From an uncultured Solirubrobacteraceae bacterium (lineage in GTDB: Bacteria > Actinomycetota > Thermoleophilia > Solirubrobacterales > Solirubrobacteraceae), in assembly GCA_964588985.1 (NCBI GenBank), contig CAZPQW010000013.1:33966-97965 (forward strand): a stretch of 64,000 bases of DNA, given 5' to 3'. A program made the position numbers and the translations under genes. Shown here one piece after another: positions 1 through 8,687 of this stretch (positions within the stretch are counted from its first letter, which is position 1; each line of letters begins with the position of its first letter). Under the pieces are notes generated by a model that did no database searches, had not been told where the DNA came from, and saw only the letters and a program-made list of their open reading frames with translations.

Positions 1-289
1 GGCGCTCGCCCCACCAGCGGATCTCGCGGTCCATCTCGAAACGGCCCGCCACCTCCGCGTCGAAGCTCTCCATGAAGCCGCCTCGGTCGAGCTCCCCGTC
101 GAGGAAAAACTCGGTGCGCAGGAAGAAGCGGCCGCCCGTGGGGTCGGAGGAGTACTGGTGCGAGGAGACGATGTTCGCGCCGCGCTCGAACAGGAAACCG
201 GACACCGCCGCCACGATTCCCGGCCGGTCAGCGCAGCCCACGAGCAGGCGGGCGGTGTAGCGAGGCGTGTCCTTCGACGAGCGCTCCAT
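1..289 (-). CDS. purU: Formyltetrahydrofolate deformylase, N-terminal part (runs off window start)
   Basis: Manual translation from CAT at 287-289: MERSSKDTPRYTARLLVGCADRPGIVAAVSGFLFERGANIVSSHQYSSDPTGGRFFLRTEF, the ACT-domain start typical of PurU. Confidence 0.88.
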   Translation of the reverse strand, partial: MERSSKDTPRYTARLLVGCADRPGIVAAVSGFLFERGANIVSSHQYSSDPTGGRFFLRTEFFLDGELDRGGFMESFDAEVAGRFEMDREIRWWGER

Positions 290-304
290 GCGAGTGCCCT
301 GGGG

Positions 305-1084
305 CTATTTTTTCGTGGTGCCTTTGGTGCTCGTCGTTTTCGACGTCGTCGGAACGAGTTTGGCTTCCTTGACTTCGCCTTTGGAGTTCAGTTTGCCTTC
401 GTAGGTTTTGCCGTTCGTCTTCGTCGTGACGACCTTTTCGCCCGACGGGTTGGTCTTGTATTCGGAGAGTTCGCGCTTCAGGCGCGTGCGCGAGTTGGCC
501 GGGGCGAGGCTCACCGCCTTCGCGGCGGACAGGTCGCCGAGGCGGGTGTTGCTCGCTTTGTACGCGTAGATCGCGAGCTGCGCGTAGTACGCGGCGGTCG
601 GACGAGCCGCGACCACGATCTGCAGGACTTCCACGGCCTTCGACGGTTCGTTCAGCCCCGTTTCCCCGTACACCGTGAACATCAGCTGCGCGAGTTCCGC
701 GTTCGGCTTCGGCGGGTTCAGCGCGATGTAGCTGTTCCACGCCTGCGACGCGCGTTTGTAGAGCACCTGGCCCTTGCTCGTCACGAGCCCGGTGTTCGTC
801 GTGAATTCTTCGCCGCCCGCTTCGTGGAGCAGGTTCTTCGTCAGGCCTTCCCACCCGCTCGCCTGGCGCGGGTGCAGCTTCGTGAGCTTTTCGTACTTCT
901 TGATCTGGTTGGCGAAGCTCGCGGCGTTGGAGCCTTCGTTGCTCGTCGCCGCGTTGAACAGCCCGCCGCCGCCGAAGCTGCCCACGCCGAAGCCGACCAG
1001 GCCGACGCCCATCAGCAGCGCCAGGCCGGTGTAGATCACGCGGACCATGCGACGACGGCCGCGACCTCTCAGGTCGAACAGCAT
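305..1084 (-). CDS. Membrane-anchored helical (TPR-like) hypothetical protein
   Basis: 259 aa ORF with N-terminal TM helix (VIYTGLALLMGVGLVGFGVG), Ala/Leu/Tyr helical repeats and Lys/Thr-rich tail; start overlaps tatC stop. Confidence 0.7.
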   Translation of the reverse strand: MLFDLRGRGRRRMVRVIYTGLALLMGVGLVGFGVGSFGGGGLFNAATSNEGSNAASFANQIKKYEKLTKLHPRQASGWEGLTKNLLHEAGGEEFTTNTGLVTSKGQVLYKRASQAWNSYIALNPPKPNAELAQLMFTVYGETGLNEPSKAVEVLQIVVAARPTAAYYAQLAIYAYKASNTRLGDLSAAKAVSLAPANSRTRLKRELSEYKTNPSGEKVVTTKTNGKTYEGKLNSKGEVKEAKLVPTTSKTTSTKGTTKK

Positions 1085-2163
1085 CAGTCGGAGAGCCCTC
1101 TGTCCACGTGGTCGATTATCTGCTGCACGGTTGGTTGCGCTTGGTCAGGCGTTGATGGCGGCGGTCCCCCGGCCGACTCCCCGCCGCCATCGGCCCTGCG
1201 ACTGGGGTCTTCCTGGACCTCGCCGCCGGCGGGCTTGATGAACGTAGCGATAAGAATACTCGCCTCATACAACACGTACAGCGGGACGGTCTCCAACACG
1301 AGCGTCACCGCGTCCCCCGGCAGGAACGCCGCCACGCTCGCGCACGCCAAGAGCGCGTAGCGGCGACTGCGGCGCAGCTGGGTCGGAGTCACGAGACCGA
1401 GCCTCGTGGCGCCGAGGATCAACACGGGGACCTGGAAGACCAGGCCCATCGCGAGCAGCACCGTGGAGGCGAAGCTGTAGAAGGTGCTCGCCTGGACGAG
1501 CACGTTGAACTCGCTCGAGTTGAAGTTCACGAAGAAGCGCACCGCCGCCGGGAGCACCACGAAGTAGCCGAACAGCACGCCCGCCGCGAACAGGAACGGG
1601 ACGGCCGTGAGCAGCGGTACCGCGGCGCGTCTCTCATTCGGCTTGAGCGCCGGCAGGATGAAGCCGTAGAGCTCGTACAGGATCACCGGCAGCGAGAGGA
1701 TCAGCGCGAAGTACAGCGTCACCGTGATCGTCGTCGTGAACGGCTCGCCCACGCCGAGCGTCACGGGCTTGTCGCCCACTGCGTTGCGCGGGATCTTCGC
1801 CACGTCGGCCTTCAGCGCTTCGAGCAGGGGGTGCAGCTGAGCGCGCGTGCTCGATGACAGGCCGCTGCCCGGTTGGGCGAGCAGGACCAGCGCGCCGCGG
1901 GTATCTTCCGCGACCTTCACCACGCCCTTCTGGGCGAGCACCGCCTGGCCGGTCGTGCCCTCGCCCTTTTCCACCTGCTTGCGGGTCTGGGACGTCAGCG
2001 GCTTGTTGATGATTTTCAACAGTGCGTGGTTCTGCCATAGGCAGAATCCGAACGCCACCGCGAGGACCGCGCCGCTGATCATCAGGCGCGTGCGTAGCTC
2101 GTCGAGGTGATCCACGAGGGAGAGACGCTCCTCGTGTCCGACCGTACGGATCGCGCTGACCAT
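1084..2163 (-). CDS. tatC: Twin-arginine translocase subunit TatC
   Basis: LSLVDHLDELRTRL, EPF, YELYGFILPALKPNE, FQVPV, LYEASI motifs; multiple TM helices. Confidence 0.93.
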   Translation of the reverse strand: MVSAIRTVGHEERLSLVDHLDELRTRLMISGAVLAVAFGFCLWQNHALLKIINKPLTSQTRKQVEKGEGTTGQAVLAQKGVVKVAEDTRGALVLLAQPGSGLSSSTRAQLHPLLEALKADVAKIPRNAVGDKPVTLGVGEPFTTTITVTLYFALILSLPVILYELYGFILPALKPNERRAAVPLLTAVPFLFAAGVLFGYFVVLPAAVRFFVNFNSSEFNVLVQASTFYSFASTVLLAMGLVFQVPVLILGATRLGLVTPTQLRRSRRYALLACASVAAFLPGDAVTLVLETVPLYVLYEASILIATFIKPAGGEVQEDPSRRADGGGESAGGPPPSTPDQAQPTVQQIIDHVDRGLSD

Positions 2164-2275
2164 GGGCCTCATGAACCTACCACCGCGCGTCTATGCGTCC
2201 ATGCGGGCCGGGATGCCCGCGCGCGGCTCGGTAGTCGGCCGCGGGCACAACCGGTAGAGCGCGCCGCCACGGGGC

Positions 2276-2311
2276 TAAAGCCCGTTCGTTCGCGCGTCGA
2301 TGACGAACGGG
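2276..2311 (+). promoter_or_regulatory. Sigma28-family (FliA/WhiG-type) promoter with overlapping inverted repeat
   Basis: TAAAG (2276-2280)-N15-GTCGATGA (2296-2303) fits TAAAG-N15-GCCGATAA; CCCGTTCGT/ACGAACGGG inverted repeat at 2281-2289 and 2303-2311. Confidence 0.6.
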
Positions 2312-2318
2312 AAGCAGC

Positions 2319-2723
2319 ATGGAAACCGACAAAGACCCCAAAGCACAACACCCCCGGCAGCCGTCGGGCAAGGAGCAGCTGCACCTTGTCTACGGAGAGC
2401 ACGCGAGTGCCGCCGAGAGCGTCTGCCCGCCCGACCAGCTGCACCTCTGCTTTCACTGCTCCGGGGAGCTGGTCTACCCGCTCGACTGGTCCGAGGAAGG
2501 TCCTCGTCACTGGCGCATCATCCTGCGCTGCCCCGAGTGCGAGTCTCGCCGCGAGGGGGTGTTCGACCAGGCCTCCGTCGAACGTCTCGACGACGAGCTC
2601 GACCGCGGCTCGAGCGCTCTGCTGGGCGATCTCAGGCGCATGACGCACGCGAACATGTCAGAGGAAATCGAGTTCTTCATTCGCGCGCTCGACGCCGACC
2701 TGATCACCCCCACCGACTTCTGA
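2319..2723 (+). CDS. Hypothetical zinc-ribbon protein
   Basis: 134 aa with CFHC...CPEC pairs and acidic helical C-terminus ending ITPTDF. Confidence 0.7.
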   Translation: METDKDPKAQHPRQPSGKEQLHLVYGEHASAAESVCPPDQLHLCFHCSGELVYPLDWSEEGPRHWRIILRCPECESRREGVFDQASVERLDDELDRGSSALLGDLRRMTHANMSEEIEFFIRALDADLITPTDF

Positions 2724-2739
2724 CGTCCCAGCGCTCGCT

Positions 2740-3780
2740 TCAGCGGTAGCGCTCGACGACCGCGTCGGCGACCAGCTCCAGCAACGCCGACCGCCCGTCC
2801 GGGAGCACCTCCGGGAGCGCCGCCTTGGCGGTCGCGACCACCGCGAGCGCCTGCTCTCTCGCCTCGTCCAGCGCGCCCGTCGCGGCGATCCGCTCGCACA
2901 GCGCCTCGGCCTCGACCGGCCCGTCGAGCGCGGTCAGGTCGAGCGCGGCGAGGTCGGGCTCGCGTTCGCGCGCGAGGATGAACGGCAGCGTGACCGTCCC
3001 GTCGAGCAGGTCGGTTCCGCGCGACTTGCCCGTCCGCTCCACCGGCCCGGACACGTCGAGCACGTCGTCGAGCATCTGGAAGGCCAGCCCGATGCGGCGC
3101 GCGAACGCACCGAGCGCGTCGGCGAGCACGGCGGAGCCTTCCACGGCCGTGAGCGCGCCGAGCCTGCAGGCCGCCTCGAACAGCGCGGCGGTCTTCAGCT
3201 CGCAGCGCCGCAGGTAGCGCTCGACCGGCACGTGCGGCGCATAGGCGTCCTCGCGTTGGAGCAGCTCGCCTTCGGCCAGCGCCGAGCTCGCGTCGGAGAG
3301 CGCGTGCAGCTGGGCCGCATCCTCGTTGCGCGCGAGCTCCGCGAACGCCCGGGAGAACAGCAGGTCGCCGGTCGCCACCGCCACCCGGCGCCCGGCGTTC
3401 GCCGCCACCGTCGGATGTCCGCGCCTGAGTTGCGCGCCGTCGATCAGGTCGTCGTGCACGAGCGTCGCCGAGTGCACCAGCTCGACCGCCACCGCCGCGC
3501 GCACAAGGCGCTCCTCGCCGTCGGGAGTGTCCGGAGGACCGCCCGCCGACTCGGCCGCGAGCACGACCAGCAGCGGACGGAGCCGCTTGCCTCCCGCGAG
3601 CACCGTCGCGTTCGCGTGGCTCGCGAGCGGCGCGCCTGCCTGCGCGGTGACGCGCTCGAGGTGGCGCTCGGTGCGCTCCATCCGCTCCCGCAGCGCCTCA
3701 CCGCCGCGGATCATGATCGCGTCGAGACCGTCGATGCCCTCTTCGGCGGCGCTCGGCGCGCTGCTGTCCAGCGCGCTCAT
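2740..3780 (-). CDS. Polyprenyl diphosphate synthase (HepT/IspB-like)
   Basis: GGKRLRP, VELVHSATLVHDDLID, RRG, KTAALF, FQMLDDVLD; start MSALDSS overlaps menG stop. Confidence 0.92.
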   Translation of the reverse strand: MSALDSSAPSAAEEGIDGLDAIMIRGGEALRERMERTERHLERVTAQAGAPLASHANATVLAGGKRLRPLLVVLAAESAGGPPDTPDGEERLVRAAVAVELVHSATLVHDDLIDGAQLRRGHPTVAANAGRRVAVATGDLLFSRAFAELARNEDAAQLHALSDASSALAEGELLQREDAYAPHVPVERYLRRCELKTAALFEAACRLGALTAVEGSAVLADALGAFARRIGLAFQMLDDVLDVSGPVERTGKSRGTDLLDGTVTLPFILAREREPDLAALDLTALDGPVEAEALCERIAATGALDEAREQALAVVATAKAALPEVLPDGRSALLELVADAVVERYR

Positions 3781-4574
3781 CACAGCGCCTCGCCCGGAAC
3801 CGTCCCGGAGTGGATCGCAACGATCCCACCCGCCAGCAGCAGGTAGGTGATCTCCTCCAGGCCCGCCCGCTCCATCTCGCCCGCGAGCGCCGCCGGACCG
3901 GGGAAGCGTTTGACGGAGTTGGGCAGGTAGGTGTACGCGTCGGCGATCGTCGAGTCCGCGTCCGTGCCGCGCATCCGCGCCGCGAGGCCGCCCGCCTCGC
4001 CCGCCACGCGGCCGAGCACGGGTACCACGCGGTCGAACCACACCCGATAGAAGATCGACAGCGGCGCGCGCGTGGGGGTGGTGATCTCCAGCACCACCAC
4101 CCTGCCGCCCGGGCGCACCACGCGCGTCATCTCCGCGAGGCCGCGCCCCAGGTCGTCGAAGTTGCGGGCGCCGAAGCCCACGGTCGCCGCGTCGAACGAC
4201 CCGTCCGTGTAGGGCAGCGCCATCGCGTCGGCCCATTCGAAGCGCGGGCGCACACGCCCCGGATCCTGCTTGTCGGCCTTTGTACGCGCCCTGTCGAGCA
4301 TGCCCTCGGCGAAGTCGCTGCCCACCACCTCGCCGTCCGGCCACACCCTGCGCGCGAGCTCGAGCGCGAGATCGCCCGTGCCCGTCGCCACGTCGAGCAC
4401 GCGACTGCCGGGCCCCACGCGCGCCTGGTCGGCGGCGCGTTCGCGCCAGCGGTGGTGCAGGCCGGCGGTCATCGCGGTGTTCAGCGGGTCGTACACGCCC
4501 GCGATACGGTCGAACATCGCGCGGACCTGGCCCGCTTCGAGCTGCCCGGCGCCGTCTCGCAGACGAGCAGGCAC
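3780..4574 (-). CDS. menG: Demethylmenaquinone methyltransferase (UbiE/MenG)
   Basis: MFDRIAGVYD, VLDVATGTGD SAM motif, GFGARN, AYTYLPNSV. Confidence 0.92.
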   Translation of the reverse strand: MPARLRDGAGQLEAGQVRAMFDRIAGVYDPLNTAMTAGLHHRWRERAADQARVGPGSRVLDVATGTGDLALELARRVWPDGEVVGSDFAEGMLDRARTKADKQDPGRVRPRFEWADAMALPYTDGSFDAATVGFGARNFDDLGRGLAEMTRVVRPGGRVVVLEITTPTRAPLSIFYRVWFDRVVPVLGRVAGEAGGLAARMRGTDADSTIADAYTYLPNSVKRFPGPAALAGEMERAGLEEITYLLLAGGIVAIHSGTVPGEAL

Positions 4575-4581
4575 GACCGGG

Positions 4582-5316
4582 CTACTTGAGCTGGGAGAGG
4601 AAGTTGACGATCGCCGTGAACTTCTGCGGAGGCAGGTTCTTGAACGACGGCATCGGCGCCGTCGGGTTCACAAGCGTTCGCGCGATCCCCTGACGCGGCA
4701 GGCGCGAGCCGATGTTTGAGAGGTTCGGGCCGGGCCCCGCGTTGCCGTTCTCGCCGATCTTGTGGCACGCCAGACAGCCCGATTGGGCGACCACCTTCGC
4801 GCCCGCTTCGTATTCCGCCAGGCGCTTGCCGCCCGCGTGGACCACCGCCGCCGGCGTCGTCATTTCGATCGCCGTCGGGGAGCCGGCATTCGCTCCCTGG
4901 TAGGTGAGGAACGCCATCGCGGCGATCACGAAGATCCCCGTCGTCGTCGCGATCGGCCGACGCTCGGGGCGACGCTCCGGGCCGCGGTCGTAGAACGGCA
5001 GCAGGAACAGCAGAATCATGCACAGAGTCGGCACGCCGATCGTCGCGAGGTCCACGAGGCTCGGCGGCTTGATCACGCGCAGGAGCTCGAACAGGAAGAA
5101 GAAGTACCACTCCGGACGCGGCACGTATGTGGTCGTCGTCGGGTTGGCCTTCGAGCCGAGCTCCGCGCCGAGCACCAGCGACATCGTGATGATCACGGCC
5201 ATCACCACGACCGCCATCGCGCCGTCCTTCGCCACCGCGTAGGGGAAGAACGGCTTGCCTTTCGCCTTCAGGCTCGCGTACTCGCGGAGGTACTCCTCCT
5301 TCTCACGCTGGTTCAT
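4582..5316 (-). CDS. qcrC: Menaquinol:cytochrome c reductase subunit IV fused to c-type cytochrome
   Basis: PFFP, PEWY motif, LPFYDR, C-terminal CLACH haem site and MP ligand. Confidence 0.88.
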   Translation of the reverse strand: MNQREKEEYLREYASLKAKGKPFFPYAVAKDGAMAVVVMAVIITMSLVLGAELGSKANPTTTTYVPRPEWYFFFLFELLRVIKPPSLVDLATIGVPTLCMILLFLLPFYDRGPERRPERRPIATTTGIFVIAAMAFLTYQGANAGSPTAIEMTTPAAVVHAGGKRLAEYEAGAKVVAQSGCLACHKIGENGNAGPGPNLSNIGSRLPRQGIARTLVNPTAPMPSFKNLPPQKFTAIVNFLSQLK

Positions 5317-6126
5317 CTACAGCTCCGTCTCGCGCAGCTCGGGGCGTTTCTCGGCTTTTTGCCACGGCGGCGCGGTCGTGCCGAGCTTCGCCACCAGGTA
5401 CAGGTGCGCACCAATCAGCGCGGCGAGCAGCCCCGGCACGAGCAGCATGTGGATCGCATAGAACCGCGAGAGCGTCGTAGCGCCGAATTCCGAGCCGCCG
5501 CGCAGGAAGTCGCTCAGGTAGGGCCCCAGCAGCGGGCCGGTTCCATTGATGTTCACGCCCACAATCGTCGCCCAGTACGCGCGCTGGTCGAACGGCAGCA
5601 GGTAGCCGGTGAACGACATCGTCATCGTCAGGATCAGCAGCACCACGCCGATCACCCAGTTGAGCTCGCGAGGGTACTTGTACGCGCCGAAGAAGAACGT
5701 GCGGCCCATGTGCAGGAACACCAGGATCACCATCACGCTCGAGCCCCACTTGTGCATGCCGCGCACGAACTGGCCGAGGAACACGTCGTTGGTCACGTAG
5801 CGGATCGATTCGTACGCGCCGCCCGATGGGTCGGGGCGGTAGTACATCGCGAGGAACACGCCTGTCATCGCCTGCGAGAGGAACGCGAACATCGTCGCCG
5901 AGCCGAGCGTGTAGAACCAGTTGGTGCCCTTGGGCACCTTGCGGAACATCATCCAGCGCGCCGCGCCGCTCAGCGAGGTGCGCTCGTCGACCCAGTCGAC
6001 GACCGTGATTCCGGCCTGCTGGGCGGACTCGACCGGCGTCGGCTTCCCGGCCTCGCCCGGGCGCGGAGGCGCCTCCTGCAGGGCGGCGGGCATTGGTGGA
6101 GCTGGGAGCTTGGGGAGCTTTGGCAT
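5317..6126 (-). CDS. qcrB: Cytochrome b6-like subunit (short, split cytochrome b)
   Basis: TGVFLAMYY, RGMHKWG, HMGRTFFFGAYKYPRELNW, TGYLLP, RFYAIH. Confidence 0.92.
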   Translation of the reverse strand: MPKLPKLPAPPMPAALQEAPPRPGEAGKPTPVESAQQAGITVVDWVDERTSLSGAARWMMFRKVPKGTNWFYTLGSATMFAFLSQAMTGVFLAMYYRPDPSGGAYESIRYVTNDVFLGQFVRGMHKWGSSVMVILVFLHMGRTFFFGAYKYPRELNWVIGVVLLILTMTMSFTGYLLPFDQRAYWATIVGVNINGTGPLLGPYLSDFLRGGSEFGATTLSRFYAIHMLLVPGLLAALIGAHLYLVAKLGTTAPPWQKAEKRPELRETEL

Positions 6127-6147
6127 CTGCGTTGGGTCGGCGGCGGC

Positions 6148-6813
6148 TTAGAGTTTCTGCGCGCCGGGTCGCGACGGATACATGTACTGGCCGAGCCCGT
6201 CGAGTGGCTCGCCGGGGTCGCGCGGGGAGAAGCGTCGCAGCTCGCTGTTGACGCTGAAGCGCGGGCCGACTTCGACGTTTTCGCCCGACACGCGCGTGTA
6301 GAAGCGGTCGAGCGGCCTGACTGGAGGCCCGCCCACCCTACGGCCCAGCAGGTCGTACACGCCGCCGTGGCAGGGGCAGATGAAGCGCTCGGCCGCGTCG
6401 ACCCAGCGCACGGGGCAGCCGAGGTGCGCGCAGCGGCTGGAGATCGCGATGTACGGCGTGTCCTTGTCGTATGGGTCGGTGTCGATTTCCGGGTTGAACT
6501 TGCGCACGTACACCGTCGTCTTGCCGGCCTCGCCGATGTTCGGGGCGACGGTGAGGATCACCGGCACGTAGTTGTTGTCCGCGAACTGTTCGACGTTGCC
6601 GACGACTTCCCAGTGGTGCGGCGTGCTTTTGAAGATCGGTCCGAGCGCGAAGCCGAGCGCGGGCAGCGCGAACGAGCTGGCCGCGATCGCGCCCGCCGTG
6701 TGGGCGGTCCCGGTCATGAACCGTCGCCGCGTCACCGTCTCGCCCTCGAAGGCGCCCGGGATGCCCCGATCGAGCGTGTACTTGGACTTGTGCTTTGCGC
6801 GCTTATCTGACAC
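6148..6813 (-). CDS. qcrA: Rieske iron-sulfur subunit
   Basis: Tat motif TRRRFM; CAHLGC and CPCHGG boxes; GGPPVRPL. Confidence 0.93.
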   Translation of the reverse strand: MSDKRAKHKSKYTLDRGIPGAFEGETVTRRRFMTGTAHTAGAIAASSFALPALGFALGPIFKSTPHHWEVVGNVEQFADNNYVPVILTVAPNIGEAGKTTVYVRKFNPEIDTDPYDKDTPYIAISSRCAHLGCPVRWVDAAERFICPCHGGVYDLLGRRVGGPPVRPLDRFYTRVSGENVEVGPRFSVNSELRRFSPRDPGEPLDGLGQYMYPSRPGAQKL

Positions 6814-6840
6814 CGAGCACAAACAATATCGAGGCGCGAT

Positions 6841-7374
6841 TCAGGGCGACGCTGGGACGGCCTCGGCGATTGTGCGCATAGCCTCGAACGCCTCCGGCGC
6901 GCCGGCGTTGACGAGTGCCTTGGCGCGTGCGTGCGACTCGCTCGCGCCCCATCCGACGGCGTGCGCGCCCGCCGCCCACACCGCGTCCGCGAGCGCCTCG
7001 TTCTCGGCGCCCTGCGCGAGCGCACTGAGCGTGATCGTGTCGGCGAGCTCCGCCACGGCGGCCGTGTCCCCGAGCGCGACCAGGCGCGCGAGGCCGATCG
7101 CGTACAGCCGATCGCCCGCCAGCAGCCGCAGGTCCTCCTCGGGCACTCCCACCACGCGCGGCGTGCCGTAGTGGAGCAGATAGCCCTCGTAGATCGCCTC
7201 CACCAGCAGCTCGTACTCCTCGCGCCTGCCCTCCGCGCGCGGGCCCTCCGCGGCGAGCAACGCCGGGCTCGTCGGGTCCGTCAGCTGGGCGCCGTCGCCC
7301 TCAGGCACGACCAGCGTCGCCATCAGCCCGCCCCCCTCGCTCAGCAGCGCCCGCAGGCGCTCCAGGCCGCTCAT
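6841..7374 (-). CDS. Hypothetical protein resembling a degenerate isoprenoid-synthase helix bundle
   Basis: Start MSGLERL overlaps hemL stop; VEAIYEGYLLHY and LLAGDRLYA parallel prenyltransferase motifs but lack DDxxD. Confidence 0.65.
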   Translation of the reverse strand: MSGLERLRALLSEGGGLMATLVVPEGDGAQLTDPTSPALLAAEGPRAEGRREEYELLVEAIYEGYLLHYGTPRVVGVPEEDLRLLAGDRLYAIGLARLVALGDTAAVAELADTITLSALAQGAENEALADAVWAAGAHAVGWGASESHARAKALVNAGAPEAFEAMRTIAEAVPASP

Positions 7375-8678
7375 GGCCGCGTCCCCGGCTCGGGCAGCGA
7401 CGCGAACGCCGCCGCGGCCGCCGCGAGCGTGTGCTCGAGCTGCTCCTGCGTGTGGGCCAGCGAGGGAAACCACGCCTCAAACTGGGACGCGGGCGGATAC
7501 ACGCCCCGCGAGAGCAGTCCGCGACACCATGCGGCGTATGCGTCCAGGTCGCACCCACACGCGTCCTCGAACGAGGTCACCGGCCGCTCGCTGAAGAACA
7601 CCGTCAGCAGGCCCGGCACGCTCGCGACCTGCACCGCGTGGCCGTGCTCGGCCGCCACGTCGCGCAGCCCCTCGGCGAGTCGCTCCGTGTAGGCGCCGAG
7701 CCGCAGGTACGCGGGTTCGTCGAGCAGCTCGAGCGTCGCGAGGCCCGCCGCAACCGCCAGCGGATTGCCCGACAGCGTCCCCGCCTGGTAGACGTGGCCC
7801 GCCGGGGCGAGCATCCGCATCAGCTCCGCGCGCCCGCCGAGCGCCGCCGCGGGCAGGCCGCCGCCGAGGATCTTGCCCATGATCGTGAGGTCCGCGCGCA
7901 CGCCCATCAGCTCCTGCGCGCCGCCCGCGGCGACTCGAAAGCCGCTGATCACCTCGTCGAGGACGAGCAGCGCGCCGGTCGCGTCGGCGCGCTCGCGCAG
8001 CAGCTCGAGGAAGCCCGCGCTCGGCGAGACGAGGCCCATGTTCGCGGGCAGCGGCTCCGCGAGGATCGCCGCGAGCTGGTGGCTCTCGGTCGCCTGCGTC
8101 AGCGCATCGGGGTCGTTCCACGGCACCACGATCGTGGCCGCGGCCGCGCTCGCGGGGACGCCCGGGCTCGACGGCAGCGCCTGCGTGGCCAGGCCCGATC
8201 CGGCCTGCGCGAGCAGCCCGTCAACGTGGCCGTGGTAGGCGCCCGCGAACTTTAGGATCGGTTCGCGGCCGGTCGCCGCACGGGCGAGGCGGATCGCGGT
8301 CATCGACGCCTCGGTGCCCGACGAGGTCATGCGCAGCATCTCCACGCCGTCCATGCGCCGTGCGACCTCGCTCGCCAGCTCGAGCTCGCCCGCGGTCGGC
8401 GCGCCGAAGCTCGTGCCCTTCGCCGCCGCCCGTTCGATCGCCTCCAGCACGAGCGGGTGGGCGTGGCCGTGGATCAGCGGCCCCCACGAGCACACGTAGT
8501 CCACGAAGCGGTTGCCGTCCACGTCGAACAGCTCCGCGCCGGCGCCCCGGTCGATGAAGATCGGATCGCGCCCGATCGCGCGCATCGCGCGCACGGGCGA
8601 GTTGACCCCACCGGGAAGCCTCTCCAGGGAACGCCTATACAGCTCGGCCGAGCGTGTGTCGGTAAGCGACGCCGTCAC
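7371..8678 (-). CDS. hemL: Glutamate-1-semialdehyde 2,1-aminomutase
   Basis: PGGVNSPVRA, SGTEASM, YHGH, DEVISGFR, GKILGGGLP, YQAGTLSGNP. Confidence 0.95.
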   Translation of the reverse strand: MTASLTDTRSAELYRRSLERLPGGVNSPVRAMRAIGRDPIFIDRGAGAELFDVDGNRFVDYVCSWGPLIHGHAHPLVLEAIERAAAKGTSFGAPTAGELELASEVARRMDGVEMLRMTSSGTEASMTAIRLARAATGREPILKFAGAYHGHVDGLLAQAGSGLATQALPSSPGVPASAAAATIVVPWNDPDALTQATESHQLAAILAEPLPANMGLVSPSAGFLELLRERADATGALLVLDEVISGFRVAAGGAQELMGVRADLTIMGKILGGGLPAAALGGRAELMRMLAPAGHVYQAGTLSGNPLAVAAGLATLELLDEPAYLRLGAYTERLAEGLRDVAAEHGHAVQVASVPGLLTVFFSERPVTSFEDACGCDLDAYAAWCRGLLSRGVYPPASQFEAWFPSLAHTQEQLEHTLAAAAAAFASLPEPGTRP

Positions 8679-8687
8679 GAACCCACG

